64,000 bases of DNA from Candidatus Eiseniibacteriota bacterium (GCA_031364845.1 JANLWX010000065.1:1-64000); one strand, 5' to 3'; counted from the first letter of the stretch, positions 21,151-31,289 are shown. Made by a program: numbers and translations. Notes: generated by a model from the sequence alone, not told the origin.

Positions 21151-21933
21151 ATGATAATGCGCAGAAATGCGTTCGACTAGCCCCATTCGACGCGAATCCA
21201 TGTGCTCCGCGCCCACAGTTGCGAAATCCCATGCGTCGGACACTTGAGTCGCGGTACGCGCGCGTGGACCGAATGGTGCGGAACTTACGGTGCCCAGGTG
21301 TCGCCAGCCGCGATCGCAATGATCGCCGCAAACCAAAACCTGCGTCTCCATTTGCCGATACCCACTGGACCTACAGCCCAGAACCGTCGCGTACAGGCGC
21401 TCGAACGGTCCGCTCGAATGCCATCAGGCTGCCACGTCGCCGCCCTCACCACTTTCACCCAGCACCCAAGCCGGAAGAGCCCAAGAGACTTCTAAAGATT
21501 TACTTGCTCTGAACAAGATTCAGTCTATAGTGCAAAAATCCTTCATAGCGGGCCGTTCCTTGGTGAACTGCCACTTGTCATCTGTTGGTTTGGCTTGTGG
21601 CGACCTTCCTTTCTCACAAGGTCGGCGTGGGGAGTAGGTGCTCAGCGGGTCTTGAGGGACCCTGCCGCTTATGACCACGGACTCGCGGCATACAACTCCG
21701 TCTGCCGACGACCGTCTGGCCAACGTACTCGAGATCCATAACCCCACCCGGAACCATACCTCCAAGAAGTTCAACTTTCCCACATTGGCGACTGAACTCC
21801 GACCGCCTAGGGAAATTTGAAGGAGCTTATGAGGTATGCGCCAGGGCCTCGGGCAGGCTCTGAGCGCGCTGAATCCTTACAGGATGGTCAGGGACCCCAA
21901 ACACCATGGGATGCCTGGCAAGGAGGCCGGATC

Positions 21934-24108
21934 ATGCAGTGCCGCAATCTTTTGCACTCGGCGTTGATCGGATGCGCTGCGATCACTCTGATAGCCCCGT
22001 TGGTCCGGGCGACATGCTCGGATGCTCCGTCAAATGAGAACGTCTTGTGGTACGCCTCCACCAATCTTACGGGGTGTCCGGCTGGTGAGACTACCGGTGT
22101 TGCCAGCCACGCATCAAGAGTCCGCATCGCCATTGATTATTCAGATATGGACTGTAACTACAACGCTGGTGTACCACCCGAATCCATCTATGTTACATGG
22201 CAAAATCGATCGGGCAACGTAACGGTCAATGACAAAACCACTAATACGTATGCCGATGATTCTACCGACGCGTCCGGTCATACAAATGTCACATTACCCA
22301 GCCTATCAGGTAACGGCACGATACGGGTATGGGTAACCGTTTCAGGGGCTGACCAAGGCTTTCAGGACGTAGTAATTCGAACTCTCGACACAGACGCGAA
22401 TGGCCGCATCACGGCATCTGACACCACAAGCGCGACAGACGTTAATTGGAGCGGTAGCGTTACCTCAACCGACAAGAACATGATTCTGGCACACGTCGAT
22501 CACTGGCGGCGCAACGCACTTCACGGAACGCTTGTGCGTCGAACATCGTTGTGCGACACATGCCCGGATCACCATCCAAACACCAAAGGCGAAGGAGCGC
22601 TTTCCTGGTCGCCCAGCCAACGCTACATTGCATATACAGCGTTTGTAGGATATGCGTCCGATACAGCATGCAAAGTATTCGTCGTCCCATCGGCACCAAC
22701 TGATGGCAATCTCATGCGGCAAATAACGAACGCCCCGACAACAGGTCATGATTATGATCCGAGCTGGTCGCCGCTCAATGGCGTGATCGTATTCGATAGA
22801 GCAGATACCATGCTGATCTCAAAAGGATTATTCGGCAACTTTGGCTCGGTGGACACGACGGACCACATTATTAGCCACAGCAACAAAACAGGTTGCAATG
22901 ATGGTGGCGACAACTGGCCAGCGGTATCCCCCGATGGGCAATGGGTCGTATTCAGTCGCTGCAAAGGCTACGCACCGCCAACCCTCCCGGGCGGCTGGGC
23001 CCTGTGGAAAGTTCCTATCGCTGGTGGCCTCCCTACGGTATTGACAGATACGACGACGAGTTCGACGGACAAGTACGCCCAGTGGTCCGCGAATGGCCAG
23101 ACGATTGTGTTCCAACGAAATGATCCAGGGCTTGGAAACCAATGGCGATTGTTCAAGGTTGCGGCCACCGGGGGATCAACCACACAGATCTTTGTGGGTC
23201 CAACCTCATACGCTGATTCCGTGCTGCGAGATGCTGTGCAGCCAAGCTATTCGCCAGACGATTCGATCCTCACCTTCGAATACGGCAATCGTCACCCCTC
23301 ACTCGGGAGTCAGTTTACTCACACTCTGAATCCTCTCCTGTCGTCACCAGACTCAACGAAGATCATTCCGAACTACGCGAGTTTTTTGCTCCGTGGGGAG
23401 GAAGCGGTCATGACGCCTCGACTGAGCGCTGATGGCACGCGCCTCGCGTTGAATACATCGCAGATTTGGGCCGGTCGTCGCAACATGAACCTGCCGCCGG
23501 CCTTCACGAGTATTACCGGCACACCCACTGGCACACTCACGGTTAGTGACACAGCGAGTGTTGTGTCAAGCGATTGGGACACATACGACACCAAAACAGA
23601 ATACGTTGTAAATGCATCGGACCCAGAAAGCAATACCATAACCTACAATGCCTTCTTCCGGCCTGCCTGGATGAACTGGGATGCCGGTACGAGGACGCTA
23701 TCTGGCACACCGGGAAGTGGCAATATCGGGAAAGTGTACTATGTCAAGTTGCTGGCAACGACCGCTAGCGGTGGTAGCGATTCATTTATCTTCAAGATTA
23801 CGGTAGCGACAACGGGCCCGATGATGATCGATCGCGGCGCACTAGCCCCGACGTTGCAGGTAATCAGCGATAACCCGACACAAGGGCCTCTGCTCGTGCG
23901 TTTTGCCGCTCCGCCAAATATGGTTACGCGCTTGATAGTATTTGACGTCGCCGGCAGGAGGGTCGCCTCGTTGGAGGGCAAAGGCATATCAACACTGCGG
24001 TGGGATGGACGTGCGCGGGGAAGCAAGAGGATTGGCCCCGGCATATACATGTACAGAGCTGAAGTGGCGAATGTCCGCAAGAGTGGCAAAGTGGTCATAG
24101 TGCGTTAG
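21934..24108 (+). CDS. Secreted protein with dockerin-like segment, TolB/PD40 beta-propeller, putative Ig domain and FlgD-like C-terminal domain
   Basis: AGGAGG RBS, signal peptide, 'DTDANGRITASD...DVNWSGSVTSTD', repeated WSP/PAVSPDG, 'WMNWDAGTRTLSGTP', 'VFDVAGRRV...WDGR...PGIYMYR'. Confidence 0.85.
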   Translation: MQCRNLLHSALIGCAAITLIAPLVRATCSDAPSNENVLWYASTNLTGCPAGETTGVASHASRVRIAIDYSDMDCNYNAGVPPESIYVTWQNRSGNVTVNDKTTNTYADDSTDASGHTNVTLPSLSGNGTIRVWVTVSGADQGFQDVVIRTLDTDANGRITASDTTSATDVNWSGSVTSTDKNMILAHVDHWRRNALHGTLVRRTSLCDTCPDHHPNTKGEGALSWSPSQRYIAYTAFVGYASDTACKVFVVPSAPTDGNLMRQITNAPTTGHDYDPSWSPLNGVIVFDRADTMLISKGLFGNFGSVDTTDHIISHSNKTGCNDGGDNWPAVSPDGQWVVFSRCKGYAPPTLPGGWALWKVPIAGGLPTVLTDTTTSSTDKYAQWSANGQTIVFQRNDPGLGNQWRLFKVAATGGSTTQIFVGPTSYADSVLRDAVQPSYSPDDSILTFEYGNRHPSLGSQFTHTLNPLLSSPDSTKIIPNYASFLLRGEEAVMTPRLSADGTRLALNTSQIWAGRRNMNLPPAFTSITGTPTGTLTVSDTASVVSSDWDTYDTKTEYVVNASDPESNTITYNAFFRPAWMNWDAGTRTLSGTPGSGNIGKVYYVKLLATTASGGSDSFIFKITVATTGPMMIDRGALAPTLQVISDNPTQGPLLVRFAAPPNMVTRLIVFDVAGRRVASLEGKGISTLRWDGRARGSKRIGPGIYMYRAEVANVRKSGKVVIVR

Positions 24109-24196
24109 AGGAAGATGCCGTAAGAATCGTCTCGGCGTCTGACGCCCGCGTATGCGGTCGTCGGGCGCTGAGAGCGAACACGAGAGGGGCTACCAA

Positions 24197-24850
24197 GTGA
24201 GAGTGGTTGGCATCGCGGTAGGCCTGATGTGTGCCATGTACGTGCCCAGCGCAGTATGCGAAGAACTCAGTCAATGTGCGTCGGTTACAATTGCGGGGCA
24301 CGATACGTCCTTCAGCAATGGCGCCGGCGGTCCCAGCGAGGGCAAAGGGCTGGGGCAGATTTTCTATGCAGTCGATACTGTGATTACCAAGATTACCGTA
24401 TGGCGTCCGCCAGGCAACCTTAGCGCTATCGGTGCGCATCTGTTTGTTGTCGGCGTCGATACAATGCGCACACCAATGTATCCGGTGACGCAGGGCGTGC
24501 TTCAAGATGGCCCAACAATTCGCGTGTATGGAGACAGCACTGGCCGCATTGCGATGCCATTCGTGCTGGAGCCACCGCTTATACTGCCGCAGCGTGGATA
24601 CTATGCGTTCTTTATACAGCCGGAAAACTGCTTTCAGGGGTTTGCCTATGCCATATATCAAGACATGGAGAATCATTATCCGTTCGGATCGCTGTGGGTG
24701 ACAGAACGCGCTTTTACAAGTTGTGGGCTATTTCGCGCGAACTACAATGCGCCGGATACAGATTTGATTTTTGAGATAGAGTACTGCCGCGACACATCGA
24801 CCGCGGTAGGACAGTCAACGTGGGGCAGGGTAAAGGTGCTGTATCGGTAA
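24197..24850 (+). CDS. Secreted protein with C-terminal 'STWGRVKVLYR' motif
   Basis: GTG start after GAGAGG; signal peptide; terminal motif TAVGQSTWGRVKVLYR. Confidence 0.75.
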   Translation: MRVVGIAVGLMCAMYVPSAVCEELSQCASVTIAGHDTSFSNGAGGPSEGKGLGQIFYAVDTVITKITVWRPPGNLSAIGAHLFVVGVDTMRTPMYPVTQGVLQDGPTIRVYGDSTGRIAMPFVLEPPLILPQRGYYAFFIQPENCFQGFAYAIYQDMENHYPFGSLWVTERAFTSCGLFRANYNAPDTDLIFEIEYCRDTSTAVGQSTWGRVKVLYR

Positions 24851-24930
24851 TGTGACCGCAGTGGGTCCATGGGCCATATACCGATATGGACAGAGGTGAT
24901 GGCTAGGGCGGGCGTGATTAATGCTGAAGC

Positions 24931-27006
24931 ATGGGATGGATGCCGATGACCGGTTTGCGAATGAGCTCGTACCTGTGGCACATGTGGCCGAGAGCGGTTG
25001 GGCTGATAGTAGTTAGCCTTTGTGCTAGTGTGGTGCATGTGGCCTTGGGTGAACCGTTGCATGGAGCGGCACGCGATGTTAGAGAGGCCTTCGCAGTCTC
25101 GAGCAGTGCCGTTAGCTGGCCGGGGATGACGCGGGCATTTCTGCTTACGCCAACCTCACTATTCAACGGTGAGTGGTCCCTAACAGTGAGTGTGACGCCA
25201 AGTCCTGATCGGGAATCTGTGAAAGTCACTCCGATCCGTCACGAGTCATCCGGCGCACCCGTGGCGACGTGGGGTTACAACCAGGACGACGTTGCGTGGT
25301 TGTTTTCGGCAGCGGCACTCCCGGTTGGAGGCACCAACGACTCGCTTCTGCTCGCATCGTTTGAGGTAACAGCGCGAAACGTGGGACGCCAGATCGCAGA
25401 GGCGTCGATCGGTTTTGATCTGAGAGCCGGTGATTCAGCGAGGATCTTCACGTCCTTCGACGCTGGTAGGGGTACGACCGCGGACACACTCTCCTACGGT
25501 TGGGCGGAAACCGCATCGCAAACGGCGAGCGTGCCACGGACGTTAGTGCTGAAGCCCGGAGCATCCAAGAGCATCCGCGTAATTATGCCTTCGTACCCGC
25601 TGTCGCAAGCGGAGCTGAACCGCTGGTCCCGGCATAGCCACAAATCATTCATAGCCAGCAATCGCAGGTATTGGCGGGCCGAGCTCGCGAGAGGACTGAG
25701 CTTGGAACTCGGCGATGCTACAGTGGAGGCAGCTTTTCGCAGTGCGGTAGTTGTACTGCTATCGTGTCGAGAACGCCGCGGCGACGTATGGGTACCGATT
25801 GGGGGTCCCTTTCACTATCGCGATGTGTGGCTGCGGGATGGCGCTCGGGCTATCTATGCACTTGCGATCGCTGGGTATACGGGCGAATCACGCGAGCTAG
25901 CGAAGGGACTTCTGCGCTATCAGTGGCCCGAGGGATTCCTGATAAGCCAGCGCGGCCAACTTGACGGGACTGGTCAAGCATTATGGGCTCTGGAGCAAGC
26001 GCTCTTGCGAGGCATCGATAGGCAAGTGGAGCCTGCCGTGGCCGAGGCCGTGCTACGTGCGTGGCGATGGTGTGAACGCTCACGAGCATCCAGCAGCGCC
26101 CTGGGCATGAGATCCGGGCTGCTTCCTTTCGGTGATCCTAAGGATAACGAAGCAGTGCAGGCACAGCTGGTGGGGAATGATTTGTGGGCATATGCTGGGT
26201 ACGTGGCCGGTGCACGCCTGCTGGTGCGTGCGGGGCGCAATGCTGAGGCCGAGTCTCTTAGCGCGACAGCACGTGATTATCGGTCCGTTATTGTTCAGAC
26301 CCTGATCGAGGGCGAGAGTGACGATGTACCTGCAACGTGGCAAGGATGCGGTCTTGACTGGGGGAACCTCACAGGCACGTTTCCGAGTGGCGTGTTGCAG
26401 CCTTGGGACGACAGAATGCATCGCTTGGCCAGAAGGATGCGAAGCGCCTCGGATTATCCTGGTTTAAGTGCCTACGGCCCATCCGATTCGGTGCACTACT
26501 ATCTCGGTGCCGATTTGGGCATGTGGGCACTACTTGCGCATGAGAGAAACATCGGCGACGAGGTGTTGGATGCCATGCTGTATTGGAGAACTGCGTCGGG
26601 TGGAGCGCCCGAACTCTTTTCCAACGCGACGCGCGACTTTGGTGAAAATGTGCCACCGCATGCTACGGGCGCCGCAGCGCTGATTACTTTGATCCGCAAT
26701 GCGGTCGTGTGTGACGTTGACGATACGCTGCGACTCACCCTAGGAGCGCGACGGTTGTGGTGGCGCGGCTCAGCGGTCAAACACGTACCTACCCGATGGG
26801 GGAACGTGGATGTACAGTTCCAATCCAAATCGCATTATGCGTCGTGGACATGGACGGCGGTCGACGCATGGACTGAACTGACAATTCCTCCGAATACTAG
26901 CATTGCATGGATACCAAGCACTTGTCGCAGCCATGGGCAATATTCAGTCCTAGTACCACCTGGTATCGGATACGTCAAAATTGGCGTGGAGTACAATGCG
27001 GAATGA
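24931..27006 (+). CDS. Six-hairpin glycosidase-like (alpha/alpha)6 protein
   Basis: 'HYRDVWLRDGA', 'GQLDGTGQALWAL', 'PPHATGAA', 'PTRWG'; start uncertain. Confidence 0.7.
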   Translation: MGWMPMTGLRMSSYLWHMWPRAVGLIVVSLCASVVHVALGEPLHGAARDVREAFAVSSSAVSWPGMTRAFLLTPTSLFNGEWSLTVSVTPSPDRESVKVTPIRHESSGAPVATWGYNQDDVAWLFSAAALPVGGTNDSLLLASFEVTARNVGRQIAEASIGFDLRAGDSARIFTSFDAGRGTTADTLSYGWAETASQTASVPRTLVLKPGASKSIRVIMPSYPLSQAELNRWSRHSHKSFIASNRRYWRAELARGLSLELGDATVEAAFRSAVVVLLSCRERRGDVWVPIGGPFHYRDVWLRDGARAIYALAIAGYTGESRELAKGLLRYQWPEGFLISQRGQLDGTGQALWALEQALLRGIDRQVEPAVAEAVLRAWRWCERSRASSSALGMRSGLLPFGDPKDNEAVQAQLVGNDLWAYAGYVAGARLLVRAGRNAEAESLSATARDYRSVIVQTLIEGESDDVPATWQGCGLDWGNLTGTFPSGVLQPWDDRMHRLARRMRSASDYPGLSAYGPSDSVHYYLGADLGMWALLAHERNIGDEVLDAMLYWRTASGGAPELFSNATRDFGENVPPHATGAAALITLIRNAVVCDVDDTLRLTLGARRLWWRGSAVKHVPTRWGNVDVQFQSKSHYASWTWTAVDAWTELTIPPNTSIAWIPSTCRSHGQYSVLVPPGIGYVKIGVEYNAE

Positions 27007-27538
27007 CCTTTGCGCAGCCGTTATGTTTGGGCTGATGTTGTTGTGGAGTGTCACGGTCGTGAACTATGCGCAAGCAGCACCGTCAGGTGGCTACAGTGCT
27101 GATGCGCAAAGCGAATACGTCATCGCAATGATGCTAGTACGCGACGGTCGATTCGCGGAGAGTCTGGTACATTTCGAACGGGGCATGATCGTCGGTGTTA
27201 TGGATCCTGGATACTGGGTGGCTTACGGCATTGCGTTGCGGGGCACAAGTACGAGCGGTGAGGTGATTGAGAAGCGAAGAGTTGCACGGGTGCGTTCCAG
27301 TTACGAGCGAATGCTTATGCTGCGACAGGCACGCGAATGCTTTGTCCAGGCCTTGAAGCTCAGCAAGAAGGACGACGAGCGAGCACGCATTGCGGACCAG
27401 ATGGGACGTTTGTTGTGGTTTGTTGGTTCGCCGGTGGATGGACGGAGTCATTTGGGCGACGCTGCAGCATTCTCGCCGTTGTTCGACAGCGTGGTTAGCG
27501 CCTATGACTCGACGTTTAGGCGTCTGTGCCAAGAATGA
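26996..27538 (+). CDS. Secreted TPR-like hypothetical protein
   Basis: Signal peptide (AQA), helical repeats 'GRFAESLVHFERG...DPGYWVAYGIAL'. Confidence 0.6.
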   Translation: MRNDLCAAVMFGLMLLWSVTVVNYAQAAPSGGYSADAQSEYVIAMMLVRDGRFAESLVHFERGMIVGVMDPGYWVAYGIALRGTSTSGEVIEKRRVARVRSSYERMLMLRQARECFVQALKLSKKDDERARIADQMGRLLWFVGSPVDGRSHLGDAAAFSPLFDSVVSAYDSTFRRLCQE

Positions 27539-27927
27539 AGGGCATCGTATAGACCGGTGGCCGCTCGGCCCATAGTCGTGCTATGACTTACTGTGCGCCA
27601 TGCCAAAAGAAGGCTGACTGAACCGCAATGGGTTGCTGTCTGAGCTGCATCTGCAGGCGGAGCCCGGATCGGAGAACGGGGCCGAGGCCTTTGCTGCGCG
27701 CGCAGTAGCGCCGACTTGATCCTTACGCGTGGAGACGCAAGGCATTTACGCAAGCACTGTTCGAGGACCATTCGCCAGCGTTAGTATCGCGCCGCCGTGA
27801 CGAGGAAGCACATTAGTTGGAATCAAACCTTGTTCGTCTCGTAGCTGGGGGGTGATGTGGCGCAGAATTCCCTTCGCAACTGGCCAACAAAACGACCCTA
27901 AGGCGCAAGTCCAGCGGTGAGGGCGCG

Positions 27928-28128
27928 GCTAACCGCATGCTTTAGCGAGAGGGTGCAGTGGCTCGGGTAGGCTCACCGAATCCGCTGAAATGCGGCTGAA
28001 TGCCGAGGTCGCGGCCACGCCCAGATCCTAGACCGATGGCCCTTCTCGCGCTAGAGTGAATTCACGGAGCCGCGCCAGCGGCCCAAGACCGGCCTGACTG
28101 CACCTTTTCGCTAAAGGGTGCAGTCAGG
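27928..28128. repeat. Pair of inverted tyrosine-recombinase-type core sites (27928-27963 and 28093-28128)
   Basis: CTTTAGCGAGAGGGTGCAGT (27940-27959) matches the reverse complement of ACTGCACCTTTTCGCTAAAG (28097-28116) at 18/20; the second site is a palindrome with perfect 12-bp outer arms. Confidence 0.7.
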
Positions 28129-28157
28129 TCGCGACTGTTTCACTCACCCTCCCGCCT

Positions 28158-28757
28158 ATGCCCGATCCTCTCGGGCCCAATCAGCGCATACCCCGCTATC
28201 TCTCTCAAGCCGAAGTCGGTCGCTTCTTCGAGGCGATCCCCGCCGGCCGGGATCGGCTGCTCTTTGGCCTGATCTACCTGTACGGCTTGCGAGTCGGGGA
28301 AGTCGCGCTCTTGCGCGTGGGGGATGTCGACCTCGAGCGAGGCCGAATTCTAATTCAGCGTCTCAAGGGCGGCGCGTGGTCGGAGCGGCCAATCTTCCGA
28401 TCGGTGGAGGCACCGCTGCGGGCACACCTGACGGCCAGACGCGCTGACTCATCCTTGGCGCTGTTCCCCGGTCGTGCAGGTCCACTCAAGAAGCGGCAAA
28501 TCCAGGCGCTCTTCGAGCGCTATCGAGGCGGCGCCGGTTTGCCGGACACGTTCACCTGCCACTGCCTGCGACATTCGATCGCCACGCACCTCCTCGATGC
28601 CGGCGTTGCCCTTGAGTTCGTCCAGGACCACCTCGGGCACCAAAGCATTCGCTCAACGTCGATCTACGCCCGGATCACGGACCACCGTCGGGCGGAAGTC
28701 TTTCGCCAGCTCGAAGCGTCACCGTGGATTGTTCAGCCCATGATTGGAGAACGTTGA
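28158..28757 (+). CDS. Short (FimB/FimE-like, catalytic-domain-only) tyrosine recombinase
   Basis: 'YGLRVGE', 'RLKGG', 'HCLRHSIATHLL', 'QDHLGH.SIRSTSIYA'. Confidence 0.9.
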   Translation: MPDPLGPNQRIPRYLSQAEVGRFFEAIPAGRDRLLFGLIYLYGLRVGEVALLRVGDVDLERGRILIQRLKGGAWSERPIFRSVEAPLRAHLTARRADSSLALFPGRAGPLKKRQIQALFERYRGGAGLPDTFTCHCLRHSIATHLLDAGVALEFVQDHLGHQSIRSTSIYARITDHRRAEVFRQLEASPWIVQPMIGER

Positions 28758-30082
28758 TGGCCACGAAATCACTTCTGGTCAGGGCAGTGGCATGGATGTC
28801 GATCTTAGTTCTTGCTGCTGGTTGCGGTTCAGACGTATCGCAGCGGTCAACAGAGCTCATTCGGCTGCGCTCCTACGACCAAGCGGTAACACTGTTGCGG
28901 GAGGGGATTAGCAAGCGACCTCGAGAGGCGAAGCTCCATCGTCTGCTTGGCGACGCCCTCAGCGGAGCCGCCAGTGAGTGGCGGTTCGGGACTGACCCTG
29001 ACCAACGTCGGGTTGAAGAAGCAGCCGAACAAGCCCTGTCTTCGTACAAAGCGGCGCTGCAGCTTTCCCCGCGCGATCTTCCCACGCTTTACCATCTCGC
29101 TTGTGTAGACCCCGATCTTGCCTCCGTCCAGGACCGACTGTGGACCATCCTCAGCCTGGATCCCAACCACCCGGCCAAGGTCAGCATCGCGGATCGCCTG
29201 GCCCGAAGCGACAACCTCGCCCTCGCTGCCCGAGGTGACTCCTTGGCCCGACTGTCCGCTTCGGCGGTGAAGCTGTCCGGGGAGTGGGTGGCGACCATTG
29301 GGAACGAAGGGACCAGCGGGTCACTCGCGGTGATCGGCGCTTCGGCCACGCTACGGGATCCGAGCACGAAGCAGCCGGCAGGCGAGATCCCCGCCGGAAG
29401 CGTCTGGCCTTGCGTGCGATCGGGCAGTCCACCGCAGCTGCTGATGGATTATCCACGCCAAGTGACGCACACCGGCTGGATGTTGGCGGGCTTCGCCAGA
29501 ATGGCGACAGGGCAGACGCGACGCCTTCCTGAAATTATCCTGATGGCCTATGCCGCCCCGACTACACTGCGTCCGTTTGAGACCGCCAACACTCGATGGA
29601 TTTCCTCACCGACAACCGAGGTGGACCGCACCGGTTATGAGTTGAGCGAGGCCGAGATCAGCACCGTCACTCTCCTGCCGGCGACGCAAAGCCGACTCTA
29701 CCGCACGGACATTAGGGCCGAGGTCAGAGAGTGGCAACAGGTGAGTTGGGTTGAACACGTCCAGGATCGGTTGGCGGTCGATACGGCATCCGTAATTTTT
29801 CTGCCGATCTCTTACGAGCAGCTGCAACACAAACTGACCAGCCTCGATGCACTCCAGCTCTCTGATCCCAAGGTCCGGGACGCGTTGCTACGGGGGCAAC
29901 TGCGAGCCGGCCTGACCCCCGCCATGGTGCGCGCCGCCATTGGCCACTTTGGAGAACGCCGCATCGGCTGGGATGATGAAAAACTACTATTCGAAGCGCA
30001 GACGACAGCCACGAATGGGTCCGCGCCGCTCGTCCTCCATTTCACCGATGGATTGCTGAGCGCCTGGGAGATGGCTCGCTAG
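28757..30082 (+). CDS. TPR-containing lipoprotein
   Basis: Lipobox LAAGC; TPR helices; TGATG overlap with the recombinase stop. Confidence 0.7.
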   Translation: MATKSLLVRAVAWMSILVLAAGCGSDVSQRSTELIRLRSYDQAVTLLREGISKRPREAKLHRLLGDALSGAASEWRFGTDPDQRRVEEAAEQALSSYKAALQLSPRDLPTLYHLACVDPDLASVQDRLWTILSLDPNHPAKVSIADRLARSDNLALAARGDSLARLSASAVKLSGEWVATIGNEGTSGSLAVIGASATLRDPSTKQPAGEIPAGSVWPCVRSGSPPQLLMDYPRQVTHTGWMLAGFARMATGQTRRLPEIILMAYAAPTTLRPFETANTRWISSPTTEVDRTGYELSEAEISTVTLLPATQSRLYRTDIRAEVREWQQVSWVEHVQDRLAVDTASVIFLPISYEQLQHKLTSLDALQLSDPKVRDALLRGQLRAGLTPAMVRAAIGHFGERRIGWDDEKLLFEAQTTATNGSAPLVLHFTDGLLSAWEMAR

Positions 30083-30513
30083 AAGCTGGGCCCCCGTCAA
30101 CGGAGGAAGGCACCATGAGTCTGCGTTTCGGAATTCTCGTCGTCACGACTTGAGTCACCACTGTTCTGCACGGTGCGGCAAGTGAAGGGCTGGCCAGCCC
30201 AGACAGTCTGGGTGGTCTGTGAGGCTGGGAAAGCCGACGAGGTTTCGTCTGGCCAGACGAAACTGGCGGTACCCAGCCAAGCATTACGCGATTCACTCGA
30301 TCGCATCGCGGGGCTGTCGTCGTCGCCGACGATACGTGCGTCGACTTCGTGGAGGTCTTTGCTGATTGCGTCACCCCAGCTCGGCGATCGATGTGGGGGT
30401 CCGTGGAGATGCGTACCGATAGTCTGCTGCGACAACATCGCCTTCGCAGGCGGGGTGAGGAGGAGCTGAACACCCGGTCAACTCGTCCGAGGCGAGAAAG
30501 AAATTTGCGCATC

Positions 30514-30555
30514 TTCAGCTAGATGAAGGCGGCGGTCATCGCGACCTATTACCCT
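30514..30555 (+). promoter_or_regulatory. Candidate class II Crp/Fnr-type promoter: box TTCAGCTAGATGAA (30514-30527) with -10 TACCCT
   Basis: Extended CTTCA-N6-TGAAG; 22 nt to the -10 at 30550-30555; upstream of the four-gene cluster. Confidence 0.65.
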
Positions 30556-30600
30556 GCGTGCTCTTAGTTGCCGTGAGCGCTTTCAAAAGGGGAGGTCATG

Positions 30601-30834
30601 ATGGACCGAGAGAAGACCGCTTCCGATGCTGTTGCCGGCGCAACCTCACGAATCACCGTCGACGAATTTGCCGAATCCACGTTCGCTGCCATCACCAAGG
30701 CGATCGACCGTCGTCCGACACGACCCGGTGGCATTCGCGGGCCGATTATCTTCGGGATTATCTACTTCCCTGACGGTCTCCCTGGTGATTTTGGCGGAAA
30801 TCTCCCCGGAAGCGGTGGGCAGCCGGGTCGTTGA
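30601..30834 (+). CDS. Small hypothetical protein (helical N-terminus, GPIIFGIIYFP, Gly/Pro tail); possible precursor peptide
   Basis: GGAGG RBS; first gene of a tight cluster. Confidence 0.7.
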   Translation: MDREKTASDAVAGATSRITVDEFAESTFAAITKAIDRRPTRPGGIRGPIIFGIIYFPDGLPGDFGGNLPGSGGQPGR

Positions 30835-30836
30835 AC

Positions 30837-31286
30837 ATGGCCAACCCGGACATACCCCTCTGCCCGAGTGCGGCACCGGAATCGCCAGAGAGCTCTGTCT
30901 TTGGGGTAGTAGGCGGCTCTCGGGAACAACCACGCGTCGGCTATCTCACCCGACTCGTACCGCTGACAACGGAACTAGTCCAGAGAGTGGCCCCGCTTCA
31001 TCCAGGCGAAGTATTCCGAATTGCGGGTCAATGTGCCGGCAGGGGCTGTCGGCACTTTGACGGTCATCGGTGTCAGTTGGCGGTGCGGACTGTGGCGATG
31101 CTTCCCACCATCACCGAGCAGTTACCTCCCTGTCCTATTCGAGCACGATGCCGATGGTGGCGACAGGAAGGAAAAGCCGCGTGTCTGCGGTGCCCACAAG
31201 TTGTTACGCAGAGTTATGCCTCAGAATCGTTGTTGGCGGAAGCGGCATTGCCGGATATAGAACCCCATTTCAAAACGGAGGACTGA
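30837..31286 (+). CDS. Cys-rich hypothetical protein, probably metal-binding
   Basis: 'LCPSA', 'FGVVGG...PRVGYL', 'C.GRGCRHFDGHRC', 'CPIRARCRWW.QEG.AACLRCP' (8 Cys). Confidence 0.8.
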   Translation: MANPDIPLCPSAAPESPESSVFGVVGGSREQPRVGYLTRLVPLTTELVQRVAPLHPGEVFRIAGQCAGRGCRHFDGHRCQLAVRTVAMLPTITEQLPPCPIRARCRWWRQEGKAACLRCPQVVTQSYASESLLAEAALPDIEPHFKTED

Positions 31287-31289
31287 AAC

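Noticed and set aside
27789..27829. Possible degenerate att copy of the tRNA-Lys 3' end (GCGCCGCC ... TTGGAATCAAACC)
   Set aside because: The two pieces are separated by 20 unrelated nt and are short; likely chance. No clean direct repeat was seen in the window.
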